Source: Octopus sinensis
Taxonomy: Eukaryota
NCBI RefSeq assembly: GCF_006345805.1
Contig: NC_043014.1
Span: 29,822,001-29,886,000 of the forward strand
Direction: 5' to 3'
Length of the DNA: 64,000 bases
Shown here: piece after piece, positions 1 to 13,714 of the stretch
Layout: every line of letters begins with the position of its first letter
Numbering within the stretch: the first letter of the stretch is position 1
The notes under the pieces: model-generated
Databases searched by the model: none
The model's input: the letters and a program-made list of their open reading frames with translations, nothing else
Told to the model about the DNA's origin: nothing
Made by a program: the position numbers and the translations under genes

Positions 1-14
1 CATCATCAATTACT

Positions 15-500
15 TGAAAGGCAAAGAACTTTTCCAAAATTGTTTGATGTTTATACTGTGCATTATTTCTTTGTACAATTCAGTGCAGGAACTGAACTCT
101 TTGTAAATTCTCCTGTAATGTTTGTGTTGTGTTCATGGTTAGGGTTGTTATCAGCAAAAACTTTTAGACCTTCATCTTTAAATGTCAACCCTGTAGCAGT
201 ATTTTTTGCAGTCTATTTAAGTACAGTTAATAGAATTTCCATATTCTCATCTGTATTCTTAGTTTGCTCTTCTAACAGCATCAGACAAACCTCCTTCTCT
301 TCAAAGACCTACATGATTTGCAAGTGTCACTGTATCTTTCAGAATTTGATGTAAACTTTCTGCTCGTGGAAAGTTCATAGTTTCAGATAAGTCAAGCCAG
401 CCATTTTCCCAATGACTCGGCTCTCTTATCCACAACATACATTACAGTGAACTTCTTCCAGAAGTCTTCAACTGTAGGCTTACCTTCCCTCATAATGTTC
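15..500 (-). mobile_element. Decayed pogo/Tigger-like DNA transposase C-terminal relic
   Basis: Broken minus-strand frames read KPTVEDFWKKFTV, LTFKDEGLKVFADNNPN and QTILEKFF, resembling the Tigger C-terminus (..EFWK..; ..FEENDPN..; QTSLDKFF). Many stops and frameshifts. Confidence 0.55.
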
Positions 501-699
501 TTGTTAATTTTATTGTTGTTGCTGTTTAGTTAAACATTTCAGTCACCATTTAAAATACACAAGAACATCACATTATCTTATTGCTTTTTTTCTTCTTTAT
601 AACCTATTAGATGGAGTTGATCCATTTTGTTAATGCTGTTGAGTTTGATGGGTTGGTAATGGCAGTCCTTGTGTTGGTGTATGTGTGTGTATACATACC

Positions 700-850
700 T
701 TTCTTTCATCTTTCACTTGTTTCAGTCATTGGACTGCAGCCATGGGAATCTTAGTCAAATGAATCAACTCCAGTACTTACATATTTTAAGCCTGGTACTT
801 ATTCTATTGATCTCTAACGATCTCTAATGCCAAACTGCTATGTTATGGAA
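700..850 (-). mobile_element. tRNA-derived SINE, 3' fragment
   Basis: cttgtttcagtcattggactgcagccatg...gcctggtacttattctattg matches the tail of the full SINE copies at 42100 and 48350. Confidence 0.7.
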
Positions 851-886
851 GTGTCTATGCATACAAATATGTAAATATATGGACAT

Positions 887-3680
887 TTCATCATCATTTA
901 ACGTCCGTTATCCATGCTGGCATGGGTTAGACGGTTTGACCAGTCTGATTTGGCATGGTTTCTATGGCTTGATGCCCTTCCTAATGCCAACAACTCTGAG
1001 AGTGTAATGGGTGCTTTTGTGTGCCACCAGCGCAGTTGCCAGTTACATGACACCAGTATATGCCATGACTATGATTTCACTTGGTTTGATGGGTCTTCAA
1101 CTCAAGCACAGCTTATTGCTGAAGGTCTAAGTCATTTGTCATTGCCTCTGTGACCAGTGCTCGAAAGGTGCTTTTTACATGCTGCTAACACAGGTGTTAG
1201 TTATGCGACACTAGCACAGGTGCTAATTATGTGACACCAGCATCAGCCACCTTGATTTCACCTGGCTTGACATGTCTTCTCAAGCACAGCATATTGCCAA
1301 AGGTCTCGGTCACTAGTCATTGCCTCCATGAGGCCCAATGTTCAAAGATCAAGCTTCACCACTTCGTCCCATATCTTCCTAGGTCTACCTCTTCCACAGA
1401 TTCCCTCCACAGTTAGAGATGGGCACTTCTTTACACAGCTGCCCTTGTCTATATGCATCACATGACCATACCAGCACAGTCATCTCTTGCACACCACATC
1501 TGATGCCTCTTATGCCCAACTTTTCTCTCAAGACATTTACACTCTGTTGTACATACGCACTCACATTGCACATCCAGTGAAATATACTAGCTTCATTTCT
1601 TTCAAGCCTATGCATGGCTGTTTGCACATGGGCATCATACAGTCTGTCTTTCACTTTATTGCCAACAGAGGTAGATGGTCTCTGAACTTTGCCCAGCCTA
1701 TCCCTATCCTTGCAGTTACGTTCTCAGAGCATCCACTTCCACTACTGACTTGGGCATCTAGATAACAGAAGCTATCAACTCCCTCTAGCTTACCCTTTGG
1801 CATTTGATGGAGTCTATTTTCTGTACATTTTTAGTTTTTATTGTACCTGTGCACCTTCCATACACAAAACTATTTTCTCAGTTAACCTACCTCTGATATT
1901 GCTGCACTTCTTATGTGTCTATAGCTTGCACTGGGTACATCTTATGGAATTTCTACCTACACCTTTCCTACAGCTCAAGCAGGGCCATTCGATTCCAGAC
2001 CTTGCTTCCACACCTGAAATTTCTTCTCTAGTTCTGGTAGTGATTTAGCTATGAGAACAATGTCATCAGCACAGAGAAGCTCCCAGGAGCAGCCCATCTT
2101 AAATTCCTGTTATTGCCTGGAAGACTATGATGAACAGGAGGAGGTTGAGTACTGATCCGTGATGAACCCCTACTTGAACCCTGAATTGAGCACTATACTT
2201 ATTATCAACCTTCATCTTACTGACTGCATCCCTGTACATCGCTTGTACAGCTCTCACCAACCCCTCGTCTATACCTAATTTCCACATTGACCACCAGATA
2301 AGGGATCAGGGGACCCTATCAAAGGCTTTCTCCATGTCAACAAAAGCCAAATTTTGAAGTTTATCTTTGGCTAGGTACTTCTCCTGCAGCTACCTTACCA
2401 GAAATATAGTATCAGTGGTGCATCTTCTTGGCACAAATCCAAACTGCATCTCATCTAGACTAACTCTCTCCCTAATTAGTTGGACTATGACCCTCTCCAT
2501 GACTTTCATCACCTGATCCAAAAATCTGATACCTCTGTAATTATTTCTATCTAAGGTGTCACCTTTACTTCTGTAGTAGTTGACTATGGTGCTGCTACAT
2601 TAGTCATGACTCCATGTACTAACTGATTAACTATATGGGCGACTAGACCATAACCCACATTGCCAGATATTTTAAGCATCTCAGTGGTTATTCCTGATGG
2701 GCCAAGGGCTTTCCCCATCTTCATGACTTTGTCTACATTACTACTGTCTCTTTGTATTGCTGGTCCCTTTTGGATCAACATAAAGCAGATTCTCCTTCTT
2801 CCAAGAGTTCTCTACATTTAGTAGCCTTTTCATAGTGGCACTTGCAAGTTTTTTCTTTTCAGAGTCACTAACTGCAAGCGAACCATCATCCATGCAAACA
2901 CACTTCCCTCCCACAACATCACAATTTTCCCTGGCACACTGTCTTACAAACCGAAATACTTCAAGCCACTGCTGCAGAACATTGGCAAACTTCTTCTTTC
3001 CTGCTTCACCCTTGGCTAAGTATACCTGCTTCCCTTCTAGCTGTCTGATATAGCTCCTTGCTATCACCAGCCTTCCAGTCCTTCTAAGCCTGTTTCTTTG
3101 TTCTAACAGCCTTGCTAACTGCATTGTTCTATCACCATGTCACCCTAGGTCTGGTTGTGACTTTGCATCATCCACAAATTTGATCTGTGGCTCTCAGTAA
3201 GTTGTCTCTTAGAAACTTCCAGTTGTCCTCTATATTGCAAGTCTGTAACTCCTGCTCTTTCTCATCTAATACTTCAGTTAGGTTTCTAAACCTCTGACTA
3301 TTCAAAGGATCCTTAAGTTTCCAGATCTTTCTTTTCCAAATTGGCTTCTTGAAATTCTTGGTACCTGCAGTTTGAAGTCACTAATAAGTAACCTATGTTG
3401 AGGGGTACAATCTTCACCAGGAAAGGACTTTGTATTTATGAGCAGCCATGAATCTCATTTTCTGGTGAGAATATAGTCCATCGGCTAGTATGGTCACTGA
3501 ATTTATAGATTATCAAGTGACTGGTTGGTTTACTGAAGTTGGTATTGCAAATCATTAGGTCATTTTCATCACAGAACTCCAGCTGTCTTGTTTCTTCCTC
3601 ATTTCAAAAATCAATTCCATGCACCCCTTGGAAGTTCAGGGAGCCACTACCATTGCTGCCAGAAAGATCTTTTCCTTCAA
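887..3680 (-). mobile_element. RTE-clade LINE, degraded (endonuclease C-terminus, RT, 3' UTR, (GAT)n tail)
   Basis: ORF fragments ...KALGPSGITTEMLK..., WKLGIDEGLVRAVQAMY...VGVHHGSVL, RLERNEASIFHWMCNV...LREKLGIRGI. The 3' UTR has an internal duplicated unit (about 1040-1190 vs 1225-1335). The tail reads catcatcat on the plus strand. Confidence 0.9.
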
Positions 3681-3774
3681 TGTGAAGGGCAGATTGTGTT
3701 AGAACTGCACTTCTGCATGGTAGTAAGACATATGCCTTGAATGTGCAGGACCCACAGGAGCTAGAAAGAAATGA

Positions 3775-4110
3775 AGCTAGCATGCTCCTTTGGATGTACA
3801 ATATAAGTTGTGCATGCACAACAAAGTACAAATGTGCTGAGACAAAAAACTTTACATAGAAGGAATCAGGTGCATGTAATAAGACTGTGCTGGTATGAAC
3901 ATGTGATGCATATGGATGAGAACAACTGTATAAAGTGGTGCTCATCATTGAATGTATATGAAACTTACAGAAAAGGGCAACCAAGGAAAACTTGGGACAA
4001 AGTGGTGACCTTGAACCTCACAAAAGAGATGACAATGGACCGGGACAACTGATGATATGTGGTTCTCATAAAGAGCCACTCATTTAGGTGAAACTGAGAT
4101 TCTGGAAGCA
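3775..4110 (+). mobile_element. RTE LINE 3' ORF fragment, opposite orientation to the adjacent copy
   Basis: RLCWYEHVMHMDENNCIKWCSSLNV...RKGQPRKTWDKVV is a typical RTE C-terminus. Confidence 0.85.
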
Positions 4111-4869
4111 TTATGTGTATATATATATATGCACATACTCCTTGCTCTATTTCTTTCTCAAGATATTTTCACCTTCCCATCATCTTTCTAACTGCAGTAT
4201 TCTGCTGCTGTAACTAAATGTGAGGTTTTCCATAATACCACTTATCCTTCTTACCACCTGACCCATTTCACTTGTTATCCTTCCTTCATTTTCTGTCCCT
4301 CCTGGCTCTCACTCCTTCTCTCATCCTCTTTTATCCTTCCTCTGTCTACTCTACCATCATTATTATACTGATGTTCCTCACCCCAACTTTTTCTGCACTA
4401 TCAGTCATATCCTGCTCTCCTACAACCCACATGTCTCATTGTTCAACCCACTCCTTATCTACCAATCACTACACCCACACATCACCCTGTCTAATTTCTA
4501 TGGTTGTCACCATCTCTTCCCTGCATTCCCTACATACCATCCCTCAACATCTGTTTATTATAATAATCACTCCCTCACCCATTCACTTTCCCATACATTC
4601 TTACAACCTCTCACTGTCCAGATTCCTTATATCTCCTTTCCTCACTCACTGCTGTTCACTTTATACCTTGTGTGTTTGTTCACTTTGACCCTTCATCACT
4701 ACTATTTTATCCCTTTCCTCTATCACTCCTACATTCTCTGTAATGTGAATAGCTATGTAGCTTCTCTACTGCAGGAAATATGCTCTGTTCTAGCCCCTTC
4801 TCTCATGCTTTAGCCTCTCATTTCCTGGCATAAAGCCACTGTCTTTACTGTAGCCCCACTCAGTCAAGG

Positions 4870-5060
4870 GGGATCTTGCAAGATGTATGATTACCTCACT
4901 ATGCTAGTGCCAGTCAAAAAGCACCAACTATATACTGTAAACTGGTTGGTAGTTGGAACGGGGCATCCGTCTTTAAAAACCATACCAAAGCAAGCATTGA
5001 ACCATCCAGTCCATGCCAGCATGGAACATGAACATTAAATGATGAAGATGGTGATGATAT
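4870..5060 (+). mobile_element. RTE 3' UTR/tail fragment
   Basis: aaaagcacc...gggcatcc...ccatgccagcatggaa...cattaaatgatgaagatg matches the reverse complement of the copies at 887, 32205 and 63612. Confidence 0.7.
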
Positions 5061-5169
5061 ATATGTGTATATTTAAATTTATTGCTCTCACTAACTGATA
5101 TCATCTCTGTACATGGCTTGATTGACTCTCACTTTCCTTTCATCCACTCCTAGCTTCTATGGCAACCAC

Positions 5170-5700
5170 AGTCTCAGGAAGCAAGGGACACTGTCGAAAG
5201 CCCAAGTCAATGAAAGCCAAGTGCAGCAGTTTACTTTTGGCTAAATACTTCTGCAATTACTTTACTATGAAGAGAGCATAAGTAGTACTTCTTCCTGGCA
5301 CAAAAGCTCCATCTTATCTAGTCTAATTTTCTTCATAATTAGTTCCATAATTTTCATGACCTGGTCCAACAGTTTAACATCCCTGTAATTACTTCTCTCT
5401 AAAACATTTCCTTTAATCTTATAACAGTTGACTATAACATTGCTATGTAAGTTACTAAGTATGATATCTTCTTGTAAAACCTGTATTCAAGTATACAAGT
5501 GACTAGGCCAAAGCCCACACTGCCAGATAAGTCATTCTTGATGAACCAGAAGCTTCCACTGTCTTCATATCCTTAATTGCTATATTTATCATATTGTTGT
5601 CATCTAGAATGACTAGCCCTTCTGTTGGGTTCAGAAGGCTCTGTCTATGTTTAGTAGCCTTTCATAGTAGCACTTCCATGCCCCTTTCCTTTCAGAATCT
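5170..5700 (-). mobile_element. RTE reverse transcriptase fragment
   Basis: Similar to the RT region at 2330-2830 (ttggaccaggtcatgaaaatt, aattacagggatgttaaactg on the minus strand). Confidence 0.7.
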
Positions 5701-5877
5701 TTAAGTGCAGACATGCACTTAGAAACACACGCATGCGCATGTATATGTGTGTATTTCTATATATGTATATTTAATCTTTCAAGCACAACATATTTCTGAG
5801 CTTTAGGTCTTTGAAGCTTTCAGTATTCTGATGCTTTGCTCATTTGAAGTTCAACTATGTCATCTTGTAGCTTCCAC

Positions 5878-5964
<87 letters not shown>

Positions 5965-5965
5965 C
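5878..5965. repeat. (TG)n(AG)n microsatellite
   Basis: Seen directly. Confidence 0.95.
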
Positions 5966-6237
5966 GTGAGCAAGAGTGCTTCTCTTACTCTGGGATTTGA
6001 TATATTACCATTAGAAATGATGTACATTGTAATTAGATCATACACCTAATTATCATGATGTAAAAACTATTGTAGCATAAATAGAAATGGCTTGATCAAA
6101 GTCTTGCAAAGATTAGTCAGAATTCAATTGGTATGAAGAAATTCATCAAAGAAAGACACACTTTTGTATGTGATGGAACAAGTAGGCCATTATAGTTATA
6201 TTACCAATACATATAAATAGCTTACCTGTTAGTTTAA

Positions 6238-6412
6238 ACCCTTATCATTACGATTATTCAATTTGTCAGATATTATACTTATTCACATTGTTTTGAATTA
6301 ATCTTGCATAATCTTGTGGCTTCAAGATTTCAATGATATGATTGTTTATTTTTAGAATGACATTGTAGGATAGGTGTGAGAGGCCAAATCTAACTGGTTT
6401 GAATGCTTTAGG
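6238..6412. mobile_element. piggyBac-like MITE, degraded
   Basis: Homologous to the cleaner copy at 59673-59859 (tttttagaatgacattgta..taggtgtg). Ends ccctt...taggg. Confidence 0.6.
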
Positions 6413-6618
6413 GATATGAGCAGAAGGTTGTTAATAAGAGAGACATGGAGATTGAACTTGTCAGTTTTTGTAGATGAAAATTATGTTACTGAATTCGTTT
6501 TATTGTCTGATGATAATGTCTTCTGATATTTATATGAAAAATTAATAAAAATATTTCTAATTCTTTGGAGAAATTATATTTATTATGTGCAAAGTGCTTG
6601 TAGTATGTTATGAGGGAA

Positions 6619-6830
6619 TCATCATCACCTTCCTCATTAACATTTTCATACTGACATGGGCTGGATGGTTTAACAGGATCTGACAAGCTACAGGATTACT
6701 TTGGGTTTTGATGTCAGCATTGGTTTGGTCTCTATGGCAGGATGCCTTTCCTAATACCAACAACTTGATAGTGTGTACTGGATACTTTTCCATGACATTT
6801 GCACTTCTGAGATCACCAAGAAACTTACAA
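6619..6830 (-). mobile_element. RTE 3' end fragment
   Basis: atcatcatc...catgggctggatggttt...ggatgcctttcctaataccaac motif set. Confidence 0.7.
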
Positions 6831-7463
6831 GGCAAAGAAAAGAAAGGAAAAAAACCTTGGTTGAGTGGGAGGGTATTTGAAAAAAGGGTAGGTTTTATAC
6901 TTCCTGTTGAAGAATTAAGTATGAATGAGTGACAAGCCTGGGTGTCTTGCTATAGAGGAGATATATGACTACACTGCATTATATGGGAGTGGCTGACAGT
7001 TTCTAGAAGGAAGATAAGAGTGTGGTCATGGAGAGCATAATCTCAAGTTATAAGAGGTGAATATAAGGAAGATTACAGAGGTGGATCTGGTAAGGGTGGG
7101 TAATTTCATAAGAATGTGAGAAGGGAGTGACAGTTGGCTATCTGGATTCTCATTTGGTACTTGCATTTTAAACCTATATCCAATCTTTAGTTTGCAAGCT
7201 TTTATCTTTTTGACTTTTAGATGTCTTCTAATTTCATTTTGATACATTAATTATTTGTATCTGTTATTTCTGGTATATTAAAGCAATGCTCATCATGTAA
7301 ATTTTACTTCATGTGCATAAATTAAGAGCTTGAAAAACTTCCAGTTATATCTTGGAAATGTAGTTCAGGATGTATTTTCTAAGTTAGCTCTTTGCTTGCT
7401 GGTTACACACTTTAGAACTAATAATATACAATTAAATGCTTTTTTAAAAATACTGATACAGTA

Positions 7464-8470
7464 CAGTGGTTTCCCACCTTCTCACTATCATGAGTCCCTT
7501 ATATTTAAATGAATTGTTATGGATCCCCAAACTTATGAAAGGTTTATTTGCTCAACAAGCTGATTTTATTAACTAACAGCAAATGAATTTTATTTGCTTC
7601 ATCTCTCAGTTAAAAGATAATAAAATGGCAGTATTTATAAAAAAAAAATTATTTGAGGGTTGATGCTGCTTTGTCAATACAATATTCTGGATTTCAGGTG
7701 CAATGGTAGTCAGAGATCAAGTTCTACATTCATCCTGTTTCAGCATTTGGATTTATATAAAACAGCTGGGAAAAAGCCTTCTTACATAAATATATAGTTG
7801 GGAATGACATTAAATATTCCAGTGCTTTGGATGTCTATTCTGGCTACTCATTTTTCACACCTAACTAAAAATCTGCTAAATTATACTGAATGAAACTTGA
7901 CATAACTAAAGTGTCACATGAAAATGCAACAAAAGCTCTCCATTTATAGTGAAATATTTTACAGTTTTTACTTGTGCCTGAAATGGAAATGGATCCATAA
8001 TTCAATCGTTGGTGTCTAGAAGAGAAAAATGATCTCTATAACTTCTTTTGTCATCAAAGTAGTTCTTGCCATCTTCTTTGAAAGTTTGTTCATGTTTTCT
8101 TCATATTTTGTTTCTAAATGTCAGTGTTTTCACTGGCTTCATAACTTGCATTGGACAATATTTCATACATAGAATACACTGCAGCTTCTCTTGCCTTTGT
8201 AGTAGCCTTATATAAACCCAAAGAGTATCTACTCATCACAATATTTACAACTTTTTTTTTAAATTTTGGAAAGAGTTGCATAATGAAGTTTTGAAGTCAA
8301 GCCATCTGGTAGAAGACTTACATGCTGATCAAGAACAAGTTGATCTTGCACTGGATGTGTATAAGATTCCCAATATTTTTTTTTATCAGCCTTATTGTCA
8401 TTATACATTTTTCTCTGAAGCCATTTAAAATTTAGAACTTAGCTTGCATGCACCAAGTTGGAAACCACTG
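7464..8470 (-). mobile_element. hAT (Charlie-like) internally deleted transposon with terminal inverted repeats
   Basis: TIRs cagtggtttccca / tggaaaccactg. Flanking 8-mers atacagta / agagagta (6/8 match, a degenerate TSD). The minus strand gives D*IMDPF and KNE..SKALEYLMSFPTIYLCKKAFSQLFYI, the hAT C-terminal dimerisation motif, in broken frames. Confidence 0.8.
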
Positions 8471-8559
8471 AGAGAGTACAAACTAGTTTTAAATTTTGCT
8501 TTCTTTTATTTAGAATTATATTGATCATTTTGTAAAGCAAAGAATAGATATATTCTACT

Positions 8560-9500
8560 GATTCAGCATTTCACTAATGCTCATCTTATCAATCCTAGAA
8601 ATATGAGAAATAATAATGTCAACCTTAACAAGATAGACTTTCTCTGTATTTAGTAGCCACATCACTCAGTACACAGCAATGTTGTCAGCAGAATTTTTCC
8701 ATCTTATTATTGTGACAACTGTAGAGGAGGATGCTTTCAGAGCATCTTTTTCTACAACCAGAAAATACCTTCTCCAGATCAATAAATCCTAGTTAGAGAG
8801 GTTTACTTTTAGGTAAAACCTTCTTGTCTTACTATGACAAGAGCGTTAGTAGTACCCTGAACTGGTGCAAATCAGAAGTGCATCTCATCGAAGCTGAATC
8901 TCTTCCTAATCAGTTGTGGTAATACTTTTTTCATTAATTACATAACTTGGTCCATCAGTTTGCTACTTCTGTATTTGCTTTTTGCTAAAGCATCTCCTTT
9001 GCCCTTGTAATTGTTGACATTTATACTGCTACCCCAGTCATTAGGTATGATACCTCTTCATATTACTTGGATGCTATTGTGCTGGATATTTTTAGCAACT
9101 TAACCTGATAGACCAACTGTGTTTGCCATAACTTCAAATCCATATTAGCCATTTTGATCATATTGCTGTCTACTTCAGTAGCTGATCCTTCTGTTGAGTA
9201 TAATTGGGTCAGTTCTTCACCCTCCCAGACATTCTCTACATTCAGCAGCCTTTCATAATGGCATTTCTATGTCTCTTTCTTCTCAGCATTATTGAGGGCA
9301 CACTTTTCCTGAATAATGTCTTGATTTACTCTGGAACACTTTATACCTCTTATCCTCTTATTGCAGAGCATTGGCAAACCTCCTGCTTTCTGCTTTTCTT
9401 TGAGCTATCTGCACTTGTTGCCTAGTTTCTCAGTTAACCACTTCATATTGTTCTTTGCTACCTCCTTTCCTCTTGTCTTTCCAGGCCTCTCTTTTATGGC
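8560..9500 (-). mobile_element. RTE RT fragment, old
   Basis: Decayed similarity to the RT segments at 2100-2900 and 5170-5700. Confidence 0.6.
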
Positions 9501-9532
9501 TCTCTCTACAATACTATTCTTTGATGATCAAT

Positions 9533-9905
9533 GCAGGTGTGACTGTTAAAAAGTTTGCTTCCCAACTGCATAGTTTCAAGTTAAGTCCTACAGTGTGGCA
9601 CCTTTGGCAAGTGTTTTTTATTATAGCCATTGGCCATCCAAGACAATGAGGGTGAATTTGGTAAATGGAAACTGAAAGAACCCTGTTGTATTTATGTTTG
9701 CCTCCCACCACTGCTTGACGATATTTGTTGGTTTGTTTACATCTCTATAACTTACATCTCTATAACTTAGTGGTTCAGAAAAAAGAGATTTGTTGAATAC
9801 ATACCAGATTTAAAAATAAAAAGTACTGAGGTCAATTTGTTTGACTTAACCCATCAAAGCAATCCCCCAGCATGGTCACAGTCTAATGACTGAAGCAAGT
9901 AAAAC
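9533..9905 (+). mobile_element. tRNA-derived SINE, diverged
   Basis: Head gtggcacctttggcaagtg, body gaaactgaaagaa...ccactgcttgac, tail gactgaagcaagtaaaa. Confidence 0.75.
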
Positions 9906-10030
9906 ATAGAAGTTGTTACCTTACATCTGGGTTGAATCTTGCTCTTGCCTTTAGTTTGGTTTTGTTTTCAGCAGATACATAAGTCTGTATCTCTTTCTCC
10001 TTTGTCAAGTGTCATGTAGAATCACACACA

Positions 10031-10103
<73 letters not shown>

Positions 10104-10139
10104 CCTCTCTCCATACACACACACACTCTCCCCCTTTTT

Positions 10140-10468
10140 CACATGACTCAGTGGTTAGTGTCGAGCTTATGATCATGAGGTTGTGAGCTCGAGTCCTGGA
10201 CCGGGCTGCGTGTTGTGTTCTTGAGCAAGACACTTTATTTTACGTTGCTTCAGTTCACTCAACTGTAGAAATGAGTTGCAGCGTCACTGGTGCTAAGCTG
10301 TATTGGTTGTTGCCTTTCCCTTGGATAACATTGGTGGTGTGGAGAGGGGAGGCTGGTATGCATGAGCGACTGCTGGTCTTCCATAAACAACCTTGCCTGG
10401 ACTTGTATCTGGGAAGTAACTTTCTAGGTGCAATCCCATGGTCTGTGTCGTGACTGAAGGGGGTCTCA
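10140..10468 (+). mobile_element. tRNA-derived SINE, second family
   Basis: A/B-box-like cagtggttagtg and gctcgagtcc, followed by ttgagcaagacactttattttacgttgcttcagttcactcaactgtagaaatgagt. Flanked by microsatellites. Confidence 0.75.
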
Positions 10469-10470
10469 GA

Positions 10471-10515
<45 letters not shown>

Positions 10516-10599
10516 ATATAATAAATAAATAAAATATATGCATATGTACATACTTACATCTACATGTATATATACATGCATACATATATATATATATAT

Positions 10600-10790
10600 A
10601 TGAGTACAGGACACCACAAATAAACATAGACAACAACGAGAGACGAGAACATAAAATCAAACAAGGAAACAGACTTTTTTTAAACAACGAAAAAAACAGA
10701 GTACAGGACAAACAATACAAGGAAAATTCCCCTTCATCAGCTGTCCTTGGTTCGACTCAAAGTGTGTTTCTTCAGAATATCTTTTACTTT
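10600..10790 (-). mobile_element. Probable Penelope-like element terminal fragment
   Basis: Minus strand has ctgatgaagggg (5' half of a hammerhead core) followed by a T-rich tail. Same layout as the 26957 and 58715 fragments. Confidence 0.45.
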
Positions 10791-10848
10791 GCAGTTTTTC
10801 TCTTATTCTAAAGTCACTGATTAACAGCCAGTGTTGGGTGGTATGTTC

Positions 10849-10879
<31 letters not shown>

Positions 10880-11554
10880 TATATGTGCATGTGTGTCTGT
10901 AAAATTTTAAAAAGGAAGAAGTATTTACTGGTCTGTGTGTTAAAAGTTCAATTCATAAGTGACATATACTCCTAAGCATACATTCTATTCTATGTACTTC
11001 AATTGAAAAGTAATTAAAAAAAAAAGTTGTACATTCCACGTTATAGTTGGATGGTTGGTAGTGGATTATAGAGTTTGTAACTGTAAATAAGTTTGGTTAA
11101 CACTTGTTTACCATTTCAATTGAATTATATTTTTTTAAGATTTAAATTAAATAAGTTTATCTGGTTTACAAATAGACAGGCAATGTGGCATGTTTGGTAC
11201 ATATACTAACAGCTGTGTTTAATATAACTGGAAAACAGTAATGTTTAGACAGCCACGCATTTCACAAGCATGCTTAGACAGTAAAGAGATATTTTATATA
11301 GCTAGTATCTAGATAAGAATTACAGAATTCTTGATTATTTTCCCTTTGCTTTGCGTAAATTGTTATATATTTTAATATGCTTATTATATTTTAAACTTAA
11401 TATTTGCATAATTTTTTTGGACAGATTTTTAATGTTGAACTTTTACTGTTCCTTTTGCCAGGTGAGTTAATGCTTAGTCTTTGCCTAAATTTACACATTT
11501 TAATTATTTTAAGTTTTTCTGCTGACAAACATAACATACAACTTTTATCATTCA

Positions 11555-11676
11555 ATATATATGTGTGTGTATGTATATGTATATATATATATGTATATAT
11601 ATATATATGTATATATATGTGTATATATATGTGTATATATATGTGTATATATATGTGTATATATATATATATAATG

Positions 11677-11739
<63 letters not shown>

Positions 11740-11876
11740 GTATATATATATATGTATATATATATGTATATATGTATGTATATATGTATGTATATATGTA
11801 TGTATATATATATATGTATATATATGTATATATGTATGTATATATATATGTATGTATATATATATGTATATATATG

Positions 11877-11911
<35 letters not shown>

Positions 11912-11991
11912 GTATATATATGTATATGTATGTATATAATATATAAATATGTGTGTGTATAAACATATATAGTATATAAAATGTGTGTGTA

Positions 11992-12032
<41 letters not shown>

Positions 12033-12035
12033 GTT
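11555..12035. repeat. Complex (TA)/(TATG) microsatellite
   Basis: Seen directly. It is the source of the YI/VC ORFs. Confidence 0.95.
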
Positions 12036-13714
12036 AATATATATAATTGCTCTGACTTTGATTTTAAATTTGCATAATAACCAAGAGTGTTAGAGCTAAC
12101 ATACCTAACTGAACCCTTTCCTTCAGTATAATAGTATCCCCACTATTAACATTAATTAAATATTTAATATTTTTCCACAACTAAAAATTTTTTTAAAGAA
12201 ATCCTGTATACTAATAACAAAAGTAATGATATTTTTAAGTAGATCCCTAAATATCAGTTTATTGGTTATTTTGTTGAATGTCTTGTACTTTTTAAATCTG
12301 GAAAATATTCATTTGTCAGCACAAAATGGCACAAATTATTTTTCTCTTAAATCGCACTAACAAATATCTCCTTATTGTTCTTAAAGCCAGTTTGAAATCT
12401 TAGAAGTAACCAAATTTGTAAATGTGTCAGTAATGGTTAGTTGTATTCATTTAGATTATATTTATTTGGTAAAAAGGAGTTAAAATAATTCTGTACAAAT
12501 ATTTCTTAATTTATTATTTATGAAAATCACTTTGCCAGAAGCTTATTCATATTAAATAGAATAAATATATGAAACTCTTAAATTCTCATAATATTATACA
12601 AATGGCATTACTTTTAGTAATTCCAACTGTCCTTCATATATGGACTTAACCAACTCTTGCACTAAACATAGCATAAAGATGATGTATAAAAGGTTTCAGT
12701 AGAGCAGCATTTCAATGCAATACCATATTCAGAATGGAATGCAAATTGCTTTTTCACTACCCAAGAGCACAGTCCTCATAACCAAGTTCTTCCAGAAGTT
12801 TCAAATCTCATGTCAGCTTGGGTCAAGTCTACTTCAACATTGACCTTCTGTTGGGGAAACACCACAACACAATAGAGTAAGCATGTGTTGTGCTGCATGA
12901 TATAGGGAAGACAATTCTATTCATTCCTGACTAACTGGATTATTTCACTTATATATTCAAACAATTCCTCCTGCATTGTTATTCTAGGATTTCTACTCAC
13001 TTGTCTTTAGTATCAGTCACATCACTTGTATTTTCTAAAGTATTGGATTCTGTACTCACAGCATTATATCTAGTTTTTTACAGTTTAAGCACATAAATGT
13101 TATAATCAACTTATCCAATGTAAAACTTTTAGGTACAATTCAAGACATCTTATTCAGTGTTTTATTTTGAATGGAAGCATGAACTTTTAAACCACCCAAA
13201 ACATTCAAAGACATTTCTCTTTGTTTTCAACATTTTACAGATGGAAAATATAGACATTTTTGTCTTGTAAAAGCTAAAAACATCTACTTCTTCATAGTTT
13301 TGAATTATATTTGAAAATATCCTTAGTCTAAAATTCTCTCTCTCTCTCTCTCATTCTTTCTCTCTCTGTGCCAAGAGATCTTTATGAAAAGCTTCACATT
13401 ACTCTTAGAGTTAATATATTTTCTTTTAAAAATGTAAGTTGGGTGTAATAAGTTTCCTCAACATTTCAATTTTTTGGTATAATGTATTTAACATGAACAT
13501 TTTAAATTTTGCATCCTGGGCATATTCTCTTATGTTAAGTGTTTACGTTTTTTAATGATCTGCATGTTATTGAGTTTATTATACATCAATAACATTTCTA
13601 GCATCTACTTTGAGAAGTTCAAATGAAACACTAACAGTATCAGTATCATATGTCTAGGACAGGATATGCAGAGATGAGTTCAGTCCTATTCATTTAACTA
13701 AATAGCAACAACAA

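Noticed and set aside
887-4110. Twin-priming inversion explaining the back-to-back RTE pieces
   Set aside because: The plus-strand piece repeats the 3' ORF region already present in the minus copy, so two separate insertions fit better.
11397-12012. Long YI/VC-rich ORFs (also at 28611-29255, 44880-45308, 48479-48791 and 50894-51251)
   Set aside because: They are translations of microsatellites, not proteins.
12600-13150. Possible CR1/L2 RT relic (FSKVLDSV)
   Set aside because: It is a single weak motif and I could not extend the frame.
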